Assembly (NCBI GenBank): GCA_951406725.2
Contig: OX597837.1
Span: 6,944,001-7,008,000, forward strand
Direction: 5' to 3'
DNA: 64,000 nucleotides
From: Octopus vulgaris
Lineage: Eukaryota
The position numbers were made by a program, and so were the translations under genes. Each line of letters begins with the position of its first letter. Positions within the stretch are counted from its first letter, which is position 1. Below, one piece after another: positions 44,292-59,640 of this stretch. The notes beneath the pieces are model-generated. The model made no database searches and was not told where the DNA came from. It saw nothing but the letters and a program-made list of their open reading frames with translations.

Positions 44292-44535
44292 GTGTGTATA
44301 TATGCATATATATATACATATACATATGTGCATAATATATACATACATAACATATATATATATACATATATGCATAAATACATTTATATAAATATATATG
44401 AATGTATATATATTCATATATACATATATGTATATATACATAAATTCATGCATATATATAAATGTACATAAATGTAAATATATTCATATATACATGAACA
44501 TGAATATATCTATAGCTATCAATTGTTTGTGTGTT

Positions 44536-44573
<38 letters not shown>

Positions 44574-44929
44574 CATATATACATACATACATATATACAT
44601 ACATACATACATACATACATACATACATACATACACGCTCTCGCTGAATGGTTGAATGTTTGAATGTTCCATGTGACATAAAAGACGGACGATTTGATTG
44701 ATTCTACATTGAAGCGAGTGGAGAAATTGCTCTATTGTTAAAGAAGTTTTCCAAACAACTACCCAACTATGTAGTTTCCAGTTCGACTTCATTGCGCAGC
44801 ACGTTACGTAAGTGTCTTCTGCCACCGCTTTGTGTCAACCAAAACGTTGTGAATGAAACGGATAGACGGGAACTGTGCAGAAGACTGTAAGAAGAGCAAC
44901 CCTGTGCTTCTGGGCCGTTGAACTCTTTA

Positions 44930-45085
44930 TATTTTTGTCATTCTTTCTCCCTTTATTTTTTCTTACTTCCTTTCTGCTGAAGAGCGTTGGCTCAAAACAT
45001 AAAATATTTTTTTTCATTTTTCCCGAGCGTTAAACTAATACACTTGCTTGTTGTTCATACACTTATCTATGTCTTTTGTTTTATC
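44930..45085 (+). mobile_element. Same family as 11549-11760, decayed hammerhead-like motif at 44969-45004
   Basis: ccttt-CTGCTGA-a-gagc-gttg-gctc-aaaacata. Confidence 0.55.
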
Positions 45086-45087
45086 TA

Positions 45088-45446
45088 TTGTGTTGTGTTG
45101 GCACTTCGTCGATCAACGGAACAGCCTGCTCGTGAAATTAACGTGCAAGTGGCAGAGCACTTCACAGACACGTGTACATTAAATGTAGTTCTCGGGGAAG
45201 ATTCAGCGTGACACAGAGTGTGACAAGGCTGGCCCTTTGAAATACAGGTACAACAGAAACAGGAAGAAAGAGTGAGAGACAGTTGTGGTGAAAGAGTACA
45301 GCAGGGTTCACCACCACCCCCTACCGGAACCTCGAGGAGCTTTAGGTGTTTTCGCTCGATAAACACTCACAACGCCCGGTCTGGGAATTGAAACCGCGAT
45401 CGTAAGACCGCGAGTCCGCTGCCCTAACCACTGGGCCATTGCGCCC
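45088..45446 (-). mobile_element. SINE family 4 (tRNA-derived)
   Basis: Minus strand gggcgcaaTGGCCCAGTGGttagggcagcggactcgcggtc...GGTTTCAATTCCCagacc, non-tRNA body, (aacac)n tail. Confidence 0.85.
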
Positions 45447-46356
45447 ATTGTTTTATCTATAGATTTCAACGATATAATATATCACCCTGTTTAAACAGCC
45501 TGCACATGGTGCTTTAGTGATTATTGCAAAGTTCACTTTGTTGCAGATATTAACTCTGTGGTCTGCGGACGAATCCATCCCTTTCGTTCATCAAAGTCAA
45601 AGTTTCTGCAAAGAGGTCGAGGTTGAACCATTACTCCTGCCACTCGATCTATCTGCCAAGCATTCACACACTGCAGAGGAGAGTGCAAGTCACGTGGGCA
45701 GGTCACCTTGTTAGAATTCCTGTGGTCTATTTCTTCGACTAAAAACCCTTTAAGTCGGTGCTCCAGCATGACCGCAGTCTGATGACTGAAACACATATAA
45801 AAGAATGCGAATATTGAACGTGGCACTTTCTGATTGCTAAGCAAACCTTGTAAACCATTCGGTGTTGTCTTCTTTGTGCGCACACAGTCTATTAAATTCC
45901 ATTACAAGGTTGCGGAAGAATATAGTTGCTGAACATGACTGCTGACCTTTCAAATACAAATGGCAATTAACTTAAGTGGACTGGGGCTGGCGAAACATTT
46001 GATAACGAAATGGACACACTTTGAGAATATTGTGAATAAATTTGTAAATTCTTCTTAACAAACTTATTATTCATATCTAAACGTTGATTCCACCAATGGC
46101 GTGTCAAATGTACTTTTGTTTAGTTATTGTGGGATTACTAACAAAGAACAAGAGGTCAAGCGCAGGAATTTCAACAATGGTATTAGGTGTTGCATGATGA
46201 GCATTAGAAAAGGGCCTATATTTACTGTTCAGTTTCCGGGTTGTATATATATATATAAGAAATAATTAAGATTTAGTTGAATAAGGTACTGAAGCTGGCG
46301 TACAAAGTCAGTCTGGTATTATCCGCACAGCTCGAAGTAAGCTGAATAAAAAGCAA

Positions 46357-46788
46357 ATAAGTAGCAAGGATGTCTAGGTATTAGTGTATTACGGCCGTTT
46401 CAGGCGGCTCTATTTAATCGATCAATGCAACTATTACATCAATTTGAAATAGAGCCCCATCTTCAGTTGCAACATACAAATTTTATTCTATTATAATCTT
46501 TAGCAAATATTTCATCAGAACTAGAGAAGGAAAAAAATTCACACTGCTACTAATGTGGTAGAATATTGTTGTTGTTTTTTTAACCTTATTCTGTCACATT
46601 TGTAGCAGCAAGGAATTGTTTCCTTCTTTTGGTCTGATGGAATATTTTCTAAAAATTATAATAGAATATCCTGACTATTGAAAATCTGTATTTTGCAACT
46701 GAAGATGGCGCTATATTTCAAATTGCACTGTTCGATTAAATGGAGCCGCCTGAAACGGCCGTAATGCACTATTACCTTGTTACTTATT
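46357..46788. mobile_element. ~430-bp imperfect fold-back element with a hammerhead-like motif in each arm
   Basis: Arms pair from the ends to the centre near 46572; motifs at 46385-46471 (-) and 46694-46768 (+): tgcaa-CTGAAGA-t-ggc...gcc-t-GAAAC-ggcc-GTA-atgca. Confidence 0.75.
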
Positions 46789-46876
46789 GGTATTATATAT
46801 ACATATCTATGTATGTATAAATATGTATATGTATATATATACATATACACACATACACATGCACACACACACAAAC

Positions 46877-46942
<66 letters not shown>

Positions 46943-47006
46943 CAGCACGACTGTCAAGCGATAGCGAGTGGGTAGGGAACAAACACAGACAGACAGAGAC
47001 AGATAC

Positions 47007-47400
<394 letters not shown>

Positions 47401-47968
47401 AGATATGAACATATATATACTCAGCAAATATACACAGAAAACTCGTGAATTTGTTACAGTAGTGGCTATGCCACTACGTTGAGAAGCAGCGCTATTGTAA
47501 AGACGATTGCAAGCAGGAATTAAAACATGCAGATGGATGTATATTCTGTTAATATCAACAAATATAAATAGTGAGCGAGACAGGTCCCATTAATTCCGAA
47601 ACGCTATGACAAATGTTCACAATAATCACTTAGATACCAACCAGTTGACATCTAATTAGAAAATTTGACGTAATTTATTTAACCGCATAAAACCTAAATA
47701 CGACTAAAGGTACTTTAAAACATTATAATGTAATATAATTGTCTTTGGAGCGACTGATGTGGTTGTTGTTGTTGCTGTTGCTGGTGGTCGTGGCGTGGTT
47801 GTTGTGTTTGCAATGATTTATGTCAAGGAACGGGAAATGTTTATGACAATAAAGGGTAAAAAAGCACAGATTCTGCGTGTTGAAATTGTATGAAAAGTAC
47901 AAATATTTAGGTGAGTGAATGGATATTTAAAGAAAAACCGATAAAGACATACGCCAATATGTGTGTAT

Positions 47969-48000
<32 letters not shown>

Positions 48001-48008
48001 ACACACAT

Positions 48009-48305
<297 letters not shown>

Positions 48306-48971
48306 ATGTATAAATGAATGAATGAATTATCCTTTGTTTACCGTTACAGAGCGATCTTGCAAATGTAAGCACTGGCAGAAACATGCCTTTAGCTCATATA
48401 AGTAATTATACCTTTATAGTTTGAACATTTAGTTCAACGTGTACTTTACTTCAATAGAGAAATCTACTTCCAAGCCTTTGAACATTTTTTCAACCAATGT
48501 ATCCCACTTTATTTGTAAGTACTAGGCCTACAAAGAATATGTCCTGGGGCCGGTTTGTCCGACTGAAGGCGGTGCTCCAGCATGGCCGCAGACAAATGAC
48601 TAAAACAAGGAAAAGAATAAAAGAGTAAAAGCACACATATATACATTATATATATATATATATACGTGTATACACAGGAATACATCGATATATGTGTGTG
48701 TGTGTGTGAGTGTGTGTGTGTGTGTGTTTGTGTGTGCGTATGCATATATATATACAGATAAAGAAGAAGAAGAAGAAGAAGAAGAAGAAGAAGAAGAAGA
48801 AGAAGAAGAAGAAGAAGAAGAAGAAGAAACGCACATGAATATGTACTATATACAGATTGCCAAGAGGAAATAAACCGTTATATGATATCATTTTATATAT
48901 AAAGGGAAGGTGGGTGGATATATCCACAACGTGTGCATATTCCTATGTTGCAAAAATACAGAAATACATGC

Positions 48972-49049
<78 letters not shown>

Positions 49050-49163
49050 AAATATATGCATATATGCATTTGTATATATTTATACGTATATATGTATGTT
49101 CATATATATGCATAAATAATTTTGTTTGTATACATTTTTGTGTATATACATATTCCTACTCAC

Positions 49164-49203
<40 letters not shown>

Positions 49204-49266
49204 ATACATATATATGCATATATATACACAAACATGCACAAACACATATATATATATATACGAATA

Positions 49267-49329
<63 letters not shown>

Positions 49330-49790
49330 GAGATGAGTGAGATAGAGGAACTGAGAGAGTCTGGGCATGTGTCTTTGAGTGTGAAAATGAAAAATATTTA
49401 TAAAACCACTTATTCTCCTTTTATCATACATTTTTTGTGACAATTGTGTGTCTGCTTGGTGTAAGTTTCTAATTTATTTCAATTTTTTTTTTTCTATTTT
49501 ATTGTAAATTTATTTCTTCTGTAATTCTCCGTTTCATTCCAAGAGAATCTATTTGGAAAAGAATCATCATCATAAAATTTCTAATTCAAATGGATTTTTA
49601 GAAACAGCCATATTTTCAACGATTTTATATTCCTCATAAAATTCTCATTTAAACCCATAGATACTGAAACATGCTCACCCACAAACGTAAGTGTGTACAC
49701 ATATACACACAGTATATATATGTTTGCGTATGTGTGTGTGTATGCGTGTAGAATAGAGAGTGACACATATACATTCATATGTAAATGTAC

Positions 49791-49825
<35 letters not shown>

Positions 49826-49832
49826 CATATAT

Positions 49833-49892
<60 letters not shown>

Positions 49893-49929
49893 ATGTATAT
49901 ATATAATTGTATATACATATGTATATATT

Positions 49930-50224
49930 CTTTTATCTGTTTCAGTCAATTGTGTGCAGCTATGCTGGAGCGCCGCCTTTACGCGAAGAAATCGACCCCC
50001 AGGTTTTATTCTTTGCAAGCCTAGTACTTATTCTATCGGTGTCTTTTGTCGAACCGTTAGATCATGGTCAAGCGATGGTTGATGGGGACAAACACAGTCA
50101 CAGAAATACACGCACTCACACACACACATATATGTATGACAGGATTCTTTCAGTTTCCGTCTACCACCAAATCCACTCACAAGGGTATAGTAGGAGAAGC
50201 TTCACCAAGGCGGCACGCAGTGGG

Positions 50225-50225
<1 letters not shown>
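49930..50225 (-). mobile_element. SINE family 1
   Basis: tgtttcagtca...atgctggagcgccgcc tail and ctttcagtttccgtctacc body. Confidence 0.75.
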
Positions 50226-50263
<38 letters not shown>

Positions 50264-50271
50264 CTCTATAA

Positions 50272-50357
50272 TTGGCTGATGAGTACTCAGCATCTTAAAT
50301 CTGTTTTAATACTTACAACATTTAATAAAATGATGTAGTACGAAACGATCGTACCAA
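50272..50357 (+). ncRNA. Intact-looking type I hammerhead ribozyme
   Basis: ttgg-CTGATGA-gtact...agtac-GAAAC-gatc-GTA-ccaa: all core positions consensus, G10.1-C11.1 pair present, palindromic cgatcg at stem III. Confidence 0.8.
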
Positions 50358-51674
50358 ATTACCGGAGTCATTCTTGTTGCTTATTTTGATAAATATATAT
50401 AGTCGATTCAAATAAGCAAACAATTCAAATAAGCGGATAGAACACGATGAAAGCAGAAGACAACGAACGTAGGGACATGCGCAAAAGATATATTAGCTTA
50501 ACGCTCAGTGACGTTTGACGTTTCGAGCATAGCTCTTCGTCGGAGAGTGGAAAGGGAAAAGTCCAAATATGAAGAAGAAGTAATCGCCAACGGCTCACCT
50601 GTTGTTATATATACATTTATGTATGTATGTATATAATATATATATATATTAAAGGAGCAAGGACGAAAACGACCTGTCTCCAGCATGCTTGAAGTGCCGA
50701 TGCCTTCAAAAAGTACCAAAAACCTCAGATAAATATGCTCGTGGTTGAAAGCGTGCTAATGAAAGGAAATTAAAAAGACCTCACGTTAATTGTGAACTGT
50801 TGTGAATCATTTTTTGTTGTTATTAATGTAGCCCTTGCTGCTACTACCGCTGCTCCTGTTCTTGTTGTTATCCACAAAATTATCTTCGACTGTACACGGG
50901 TCGTTCCAACCGTGACAATTCCTTCTGTCGTGCTTAATATTTTGTTTTTATTTCTAAACTTCGTACCTGACACAGCGCCATATTATGAGTCACTAAGTCG
51001 TTTTACAAACATTAGATTTCATATGATGGTTATTTAAACTCTACATCTAGCAGTTTGAATGACTGACTAAGCAGAATTCTCTCTCGATGCTTCTTGAAAC
51101 GTGAAGAAATATTGGCGCCAAGAACTGAAGAAATCCAAGACACAAGCAATTCAAAATAATAAACTAGAAGTCAAGACAGCAATGAATTCTTCCAAAGCGA
51201 AGCCGATAGAAAGTTCTTAATGGTTCTTTGATGAATATATTTCCTGTCAATTTGTATATACGACTACGTCCAAAATGGAACAGAACTTTTTAAAAACAGA
51301 TTTATTAATTCCTTACAATTTAAATCAGACACGTCGTGTTTTAAAATAGTTCTGCTTCAGCCTACGCCGACGCCATTCTTTCTTTTCTTTTTCTTTTTTT
51401 TTTCTAGCTTTAGAACAAGTCCCCGAACACTTTTACATGAGCAGTTTGCGAGTATTTGTATGTGTATATATATGTATATTTGTTGTTTGTCTATTTGTAT
51501 GCATATATGTATATGTATTACGTGTATGTATACGTATGTATGTATGTAGGTTTGTTTGTTTGTGTTTGTCATATTTAGTTTTATTTCCGGGTTTCTTGCA
51601 ATAGAGAAAGAACCGGTTTCTAGCATACATCCAAGGCTTCTTCATTGGAATTTCAACATAAACAGGATGTTCTT

Positions 51675-51727
51675 GTATGCATTTATGTATGTATGTATGT
51701 AGGTATGTATGTATGTATGCATTTATG

Positions 51728-51759
<32 letters not shown>

Positions 51760-51789
51760 TGTATGTATGTATGTATGTATGTATGTATG

Positions 51790-51821
<32 letters not shown>

Positions 51822-51915
51822 TGTATGTATGTATGTATGTATGTATGTATGTATGTATGTATGTATGTATGTATGTATGTATGTATGTATGTATGTATGT
51901 ATGTATGTATGTATG

Positions 51916-51947
<32 letters not shown>

Positions 51948-52027
51948 TGTATGTATGTATGTATGTATATGTATGTGTGTATGTATGTATGTATGTATGT
52001 ATGTACGTACGTATGTATGTATGTATG

Positions 52028-52059
<32 letters not shown>

Positions 52060-52215
52060 TGTACGTACGTATGTATGTATGTATGTATATGTACGTATGT
52101 ATGTATGTATGTATGTATGTATGTATGTATGTATGTATATGTATGTGTGTATGTATGTATGTATGCATGTATGTATGTATATGTGTGTATAAATGTATGT
52201 ATGTACGTACGTATG
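51675..52215. repeat. Long (TATG)n array
   Basis: Directly visible. Confidence 0.95.
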
Positions 52216-52614
52216 TCATTATTCAGTTTTATTTCAAGGTTTCTTGCTAAATAGAGAAAGAGCCGATTTCTAGCCTAGACCCATGGCGCCTCCATTGGAA
52301 TTTCAACACTATCAGCAGGGTATTTTGTATGTATTAATAAGACGCTCAGAGATGGAAAGTAAGGGTGCTTTATGTTTCGAGCAAAGCTCTTCTTCGAGAG
52401 CAGGGGACACAGGAAAGTCCAAAAGACAAAGGAGGAGGAAAAAATCGCCAACAGTCCGCGTGTAGTTACATATAATATTTGTAAACAAACCCGGAGTCTT
52501 GATAAGTACGTAGAAAAGCGACTACAGATGTCTTTTTTATGCAATAATAATTATATCATTACAGAGATGTACTTGCATAGCAAGTGATCTGATCTGAGAT
52601 CGTGTACTGAAACA

Positions 52615-53020
52615 AAAACAATTGAAGCGTGAAGGTGTTTAAAAGCCATGTAAAAACACACAAAAGCCGTTAAATTCACTTTAACATTTAAATTAATTTG
52701 TCAAGATATTTTCATCGCTTTGAAACCACGACAAAATATATATATATATATATATGTATACGTATATGTGTATGTATATATATATATATATTTATATATG
52801 TGTGTGTGTGTGTGTGTGTTTATGTATATATATATATGTATGTATATATATATGCATATATATACATATATATATATATAAACAATTGCGAGCGTGGACG
52901 GTGTTTAGAAGCCATTTAAGAAACACGCAAAAACCGTTAGATTCATTTCAACATTTAAATTTAATTTGTCAAAATATTTTCGTCGCTTTGAAACCGCGAC
53001 CTGTTCACTGACAAAATTTC
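52615..53020. repeat. Two diverged direct copies of a ~115-bp repeat (52615-52732, 52880-53000)
   Basis: aacaattg..gcgtg..ggtgttta.aagccat...ccgtta.attca...tcgctttgaaacc.cgac occurs twice. Confidence 0.8.
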
Positions 53021-53649
53021 GTGCTGCATATAATAATATATCATTATAATAATATAAGAATAAATGTTTTTATATATAATGAACGTGAAATACAGGAAGG
53101 GACGAACACGGAACACAGACAAATCATTCGAAGCCTTCAATCTTCAGTCAGACACCGAATCATCATAGCAAATTTCGGCTGTTCAATTATGATATTTGCT
53201 CCAACTCGGCCAGCCCCAAGAAAAAAAAAAACTAAGCTGTAAGCATTAGATTTCTCGGTAGAAGACAGGAATGTGAACGCACAAGACGGATGTAAATACA
53301 AGAGACGAAAACGAAATTGAAAACAGTCATGAATAAACAAAATATATATAACGGTGGTTGTCATACGACTTTAGACCAAATGAGACAGAAACAACAACAA
53401 TATAATAATAATAATATATATATATACTCCGATTTAAAGAGACTGACTGAAAAATGATGGGCTACCTCAGGTTACAATCAAACCCACCCCCACATTTTCA
53501 CACCTATATATGCACACACACACCAGCCCTCTTTCACACGCACATACGTACTCTCTTACACACACGTGCACCTTCGTTTTGGGGATCACTATTACTCTGT
53601 TATCTCCCCTGCTTCTTCACTCTCCTGTGTAACTCTTCTTTCCGGCAGT

Positions 53650-53834
53650 CGCCATGATAGATCAGTAGCCACTACATACATATTTTCTCTCCTTGTTTTT
53701 TCTGTGTCCCTTTCTGTAGAAGAGCGTAGGCTCGAAATGTAAAAGACTTTTTCAATTCCCGAGTTTTGTACTAATACATTTGTTTGTTTTCCACACCACC
53801 TGTCTTCGTCTTTTATTTTATTTCGTGAATTCTA

Positions 53835-53835
<1 letters not shown>
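53650..53835 (+). mobile_element. Same family as 11549-11760, hammerhead-like motif at 53709-53746
   Basis: ccttt-CTGTAGA-a-gagc-gtag-gctc-GAAAT-GTA-aaaga. Confidence 0.65.
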
Positions 53836-53873
<38 letters not shown>

Positions 53874-54351
53874 TGTATGTATATATACATAACACACACG
53901 CACACTTCATGCACAAATTTAAACATGTACAGAGACACCGCCACATAACCCACACATACACACACAGAAAATCTGAAACACACACTGAACCTAATATCGT
54001 CCTTTAAACCAATTTGACTGCACGAGCATACAAATTTTCTTGTATTAAATTTCTCCGCATCCTGTATACGTATGACCTCAAGATGTGTAACGAATGCTGT
54101 AGATAGCGAACAAGTGGAAAGCTTCTTACATCGGAATACATGGATTCAATAGAGAAATTGGTATGTTATTTGGTTGTTCAGAAAAATGCTGCAAGGCAAT
54201 CTTTGTAGAGAAGAAAATTAATTAAACTCCCGATATCATGTTAGATAAAGAAAATAACGATAAGAAAATTACATCAAACAAACTCACAAGTACTTTGAAA
54301 TTAATGAATTTTTCAGAGTTGTACATAGGTACAACATACATACATACACAG

Positions 54352-54426
<75 letters not shown>

Positions 54427-54452
54427 GATATATGTATGTATATATATATATA

Positions 54453-54552
<100 letters not shown>

Positions 54553-54609
54553 TCATATATATATATACATATATATATATACACACACACATATATATAT
54601 ATATATATA

Positions 54610-54679
<70 letters not shown>

Positions 54680-55224
54680 GAATTTAAAGAAAAAATAATT
54701 GGGAAGGAATATTAGAGAAACGTTACATTAATACTAAATGCTAAGTAATGAATGCTAAAAAGAAAATAAAAGCATCTTCACACTAGCTGTGTCTCTAATA
54801 AGTTGCAGAGACGTTTAGCCTTGCAATGCTTTGAATTAAATGCTAAAACAAGACAAAAACCTCAACGCTTTAGTTGTGTCAGTAGTGCGATATATAGAGA
54901 CGTTTAGAATAGCCGCTGGTAATCTTGGTGGAGTAACTTTTGATGAATAACGCTCCAGCTGTGACCATCCGTTTCATCTTTTCCTTTCCTGGCATTGAGT
55001 AACCTTGGTTGACATTTTATCATGTGACCTTCAATTTTAAGTGTGACTTTTATCCTTTACGTTTTATTTTCTATTTATTTCATTTAGTGTAGCACAGCAT
55101 TGAAAGGGTTTTAGTCGAACAAAATGACCCCAGGACGTAATTTAAAAAAAAAATATTCTGTATGTTACTTTGCGAGCGGTTGTCAGATGGTGAGGGACAA
55201 ACACAAATACAAAATCACATACAC

Positions 55225-55266
<42 letters not shown>

Positions 55267-56228
55267 ATATATGTGTGTGTGTATGTGTGTGTGCCTATAT
55301 TTGTGTGTATATATGTGTTTCTGTGTGTGTATACATGTATATATATGTATGTATATGGAAAAAAGTCAAGATAGAAAATGCAAATATAATTTCATAAAAA
55401 ACATTTTAGTACCAGTTTTAGTCATTGAGACTTCTTCAACTGTAAGTATTGAAAACAATTAAATTTTGGAAAAATTAAAAGAAAAGTTTTATTAAAAGAA
55501 TATTTGTATAGTGTTCAAATACAAGGGGCATTTTCCTTGTTTCTTCCTGTCTCTGTCTCTCTTGTTTACTCATGTGGGTTCGAGGTCATTGTGAATTCTT
55601 GGCAGAGAAGAAGGAGAAGAAGAAGAAGAAGAAGAAGAAGAAGAAGAAGAAGAAGAAGAAGAAGAAGAAGAAGAAGAATACGCGAGTGCTATGATGAGGT
55701 TGGCCTGGGGCTATAATATAAAACACTGGCTCAAGATTTGATCAAATAGGAATTAAAGAGAATTAATGGGATCAGGAAGTAAACTTTTTACCAGGGGGCC
55801 ACACCTGCTCCCGTACGCTGCGTTTTTAATGAAATTCCTGTACTTTTGACTGTATAAACACACCAGCATCTCATCGTGTAAATTATAATTACTTTCCCAG
55901 CTGGAAACTAAACATAACAGTAAGTTTAGATAGAATAAGAGAATTCATATAAAATAAATTAACAAAGACCACTTAAATGGTAACCTTTGACCGAGCAGCT
56001 TTCTAATCTCTTTGCGTAAAATCACTTTTTAATCGTATATTACACCCCGCCCTATCACATGAGTTAAGGAATACGTCTATGCATGATGATGCGACTGGCT
56101 AGAAAATGGTCGCCCAATGTTCTTAAAATTGCACCAGTTGTCATATGTATGTAAATATGTGTGTGTGTCTGTGTGTGTGTGAGTGAATGTGTGTGCACGC
56201 TTCTGTGTATGTGCGTGTGAGAGTATGT

Positions 56229-56320
<92 letters not shown>

Positions 56321-57296
56321 GAGAGAGAGAGAGAGACAGAGAGAGAAACAAAGACAGGCAGACAGAAAGAGAGAGAGGCAAACAGACGGAAAGAAAGATA
56401 GGAAGGAAGGAAGGAAGGAATGAAAGCTCTATAAAAGCAAAAGAAAAAGAAGGGCTGAGGCACAAAGAATGTTGAAGAATCGGAAGACTTGAGCGAAAAT
56501 AGCAATAGACAGAGCCAGAGATAGAAAACAGAGACACAGACAGACAGAGAAACAGACAGGCAAAGACAGAGAGATTTCAGGAGACCAAAATATTCAGTTT
56601 GAGAGACTGACAAGAGTGAAATGTCTTTGAGATTTCTTCCAAACTGTCGGCAAATTTGACAACTTGAAGAATAGTAAATTAATTATATATAACCATTTAG
56701 TTCTTAAGCTTTATACTTCGGGTCTTTTTTTCTTTATCATTATCTTTTTAGTTTTTCTGGGGGGTTTTTTCTGCTCCAATTTATTTTTGGTAAAAAGTAA
56801 GAACGGCGTGGATGGTGGAATGGAATAATGGGGAACGAATTTTTTGTCTGTAAATATTATCTCGATTTTCAATAATTTAGGTTACTAGCCCTGCTGCTTC
56901 TTGGAAATCGATTTTGGTCACTTCGATAAATGGTTAATGATTAGCAAGGAGATGGGTAGAATACGCCGAAGTGCTTCACTTGTCACGATCGGTATATATA
57001 TGTATATATGTATATGTATATGTATGTGTAAGTACGTATGAATGCATGAATGTATGTCTGTGTGTGTGTGTGTGTGTACGACGAAAAGAAATATGTGTAG
57101 GTATAATCAAATATATATATATAGGTATATATCTGCAGATAAATCTATACGCATATAAATAGATACATGTATGTGTGTATATATGTGAATACATATATAT
57201 ATATATATATACAGAGAGAGAGGGGGAGTGGTGAGAGGGGGAGGGGGAGAGATGTAGATATATGTGTGAGCGTGCATACATTTATATACGCAGTCC

Positions 57297-57371
<75 letters not shown>

Positions 57372-57436
57372 CAGACAGACAGATAGATATATGTATGTAT
57401 GTATGTATATATAGGGAGAGAGAGAGATAGATAGAT

Positions 57437-57474
<38 letters not shown>

Positions 57475-57727
57475 TATACATATATATATATATATCGTAT
57501 GTGTAGCGTGTGCGAATACTTTTATACCTACATATAGATGGATGGGTGCGTATGAATATACATACGTATGCACACATACATACATACACGCACACAAACA
57601 CACACACACCCATGTAAAATTATACATACAGCTCCCTTTTCCTATACACACATTCATATATGTGTCTATTTCTTATAAACGTGTCTATACATATGTGGCT
57701 GCGTATGTATGTATATATGTATGTATG

Positions 57728-57761
<34 letters not shown>

Positions 57762-58209
57762 TGTATGTATATATGTATGTATGTATTTATGTATACGCGT
57801 GCATATGTGTGTGTGTCTCTTCTTTTTTTCTCTTTGAGATATATTTAACTTCTTAGCAAGAATTCAAGCTGTTCATTAAGAAAGTGAATGGCACTTTGGT
57901 TTAAATCAAGGCAATTCCAAGAAAGTGGAAATGTGCGTATATGGAGATGCATGTGTATATTCTTCCATTCATTTTATATGAATCTCTGTCAGTTTCGAAA
58001 GTAAATGGATGCTACCGCTATTTTTGTACATCTGTGTGTCACAAATGCATATATATATATATATAATATGTATACGTTTGCGCATATATACATACATATT
58101 CTTTTGATTTTTTTTCTTTTGCTTCTTTCATTTATTTGCCACCAGGGCGAAGAATGAGGGGGGATAACACAGACCAAAGATTCTAGCAGCTCACCACCGA
58201 ATAATAATA

Positions 58210-58302
<93 letters not shown>

Positions 58303-58333
58303 TTTATAGATAGATAGATAAATAAATAGATAG

Positions 58334-59030
<697 letters not shown>

Positions 59031-59031
<1 letters not shown>

Positions 59032-59584
59032 CCCTGATGCAGTACCAGGCAGTGGCTCTCATGGCTTCTGATCTTAACTGATTGGAAGTGTTATCATGTA
59101 CATTGTTTTGTCTTGGTATAAAAGATGGGCTACAGCAAATATTCTGCTCAATACCACAGATTTGCTTGTCAGGTGTTTGACCTTAACCAGTTGACCATGT
59201 CCCTTAGTGGCTGACGATATGTGCATCTCTGATCACGAGCAGAAGTAGTGGGGGAGCATCATAGCCATGTGTTGAGAAGGATTCTTTGGGGTTTGAATAA
59301 TTCACCTCTGGAAACATGGGTGTTTCGTTCAACGTCCTTAAACAACCCTTATTCAGGGACCTTTTGAGCGGGATGGGTTACTCAACCTGAACAAAATTCT
59401 AACTGGGCCCCACCTGCAAGGTCATGCGCTGTTTATCTTGATATGAGATCCTCATGTCGCGCACATATGGTTGTGATGCATGTGCCTGGTGTACCCTTAT
59501 CAGACGGGTAGTCATGATGGGTATACTGGGCTTCGTATATTTTACCCCAGTGTCACTTTGATGGCATGCTCTGCTCGCTCACTC

Positions 59585-59585
<1 letters not shown>
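59031..59585 (+). mobile_element. Unclassified ~555-bp insert in (TAA)n, possibly a decayed third R4/Dong-like family
   Basis: Bounded by (aat)n on both sides; broken frames contain PDAV, LILTD, SKY and HVLRRIL in the same order as the endonuclease motifs of the neighbours. Confidence 0.4.
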
Positions 59586-59627
<42 letters not shown>

Positions 59628-59640
59628 GTAATAATAATAA

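Noticed and set aside
45370-45446. tRNA-like sequence (also at 31764, 35945, 39823 and 17923)
   Set aside because: A/B boxes are present, but the acceptor stem is not closed and the sequence continues into a SINE body
53100-53225. CTGAAGA-containing repeat on the minus strand
   Set aside because: GAAA and the stems are too degraded to call
54060-54200. Possible additional mariner 3' fragment
   Set aside because: No convincing motif or TIR could be read
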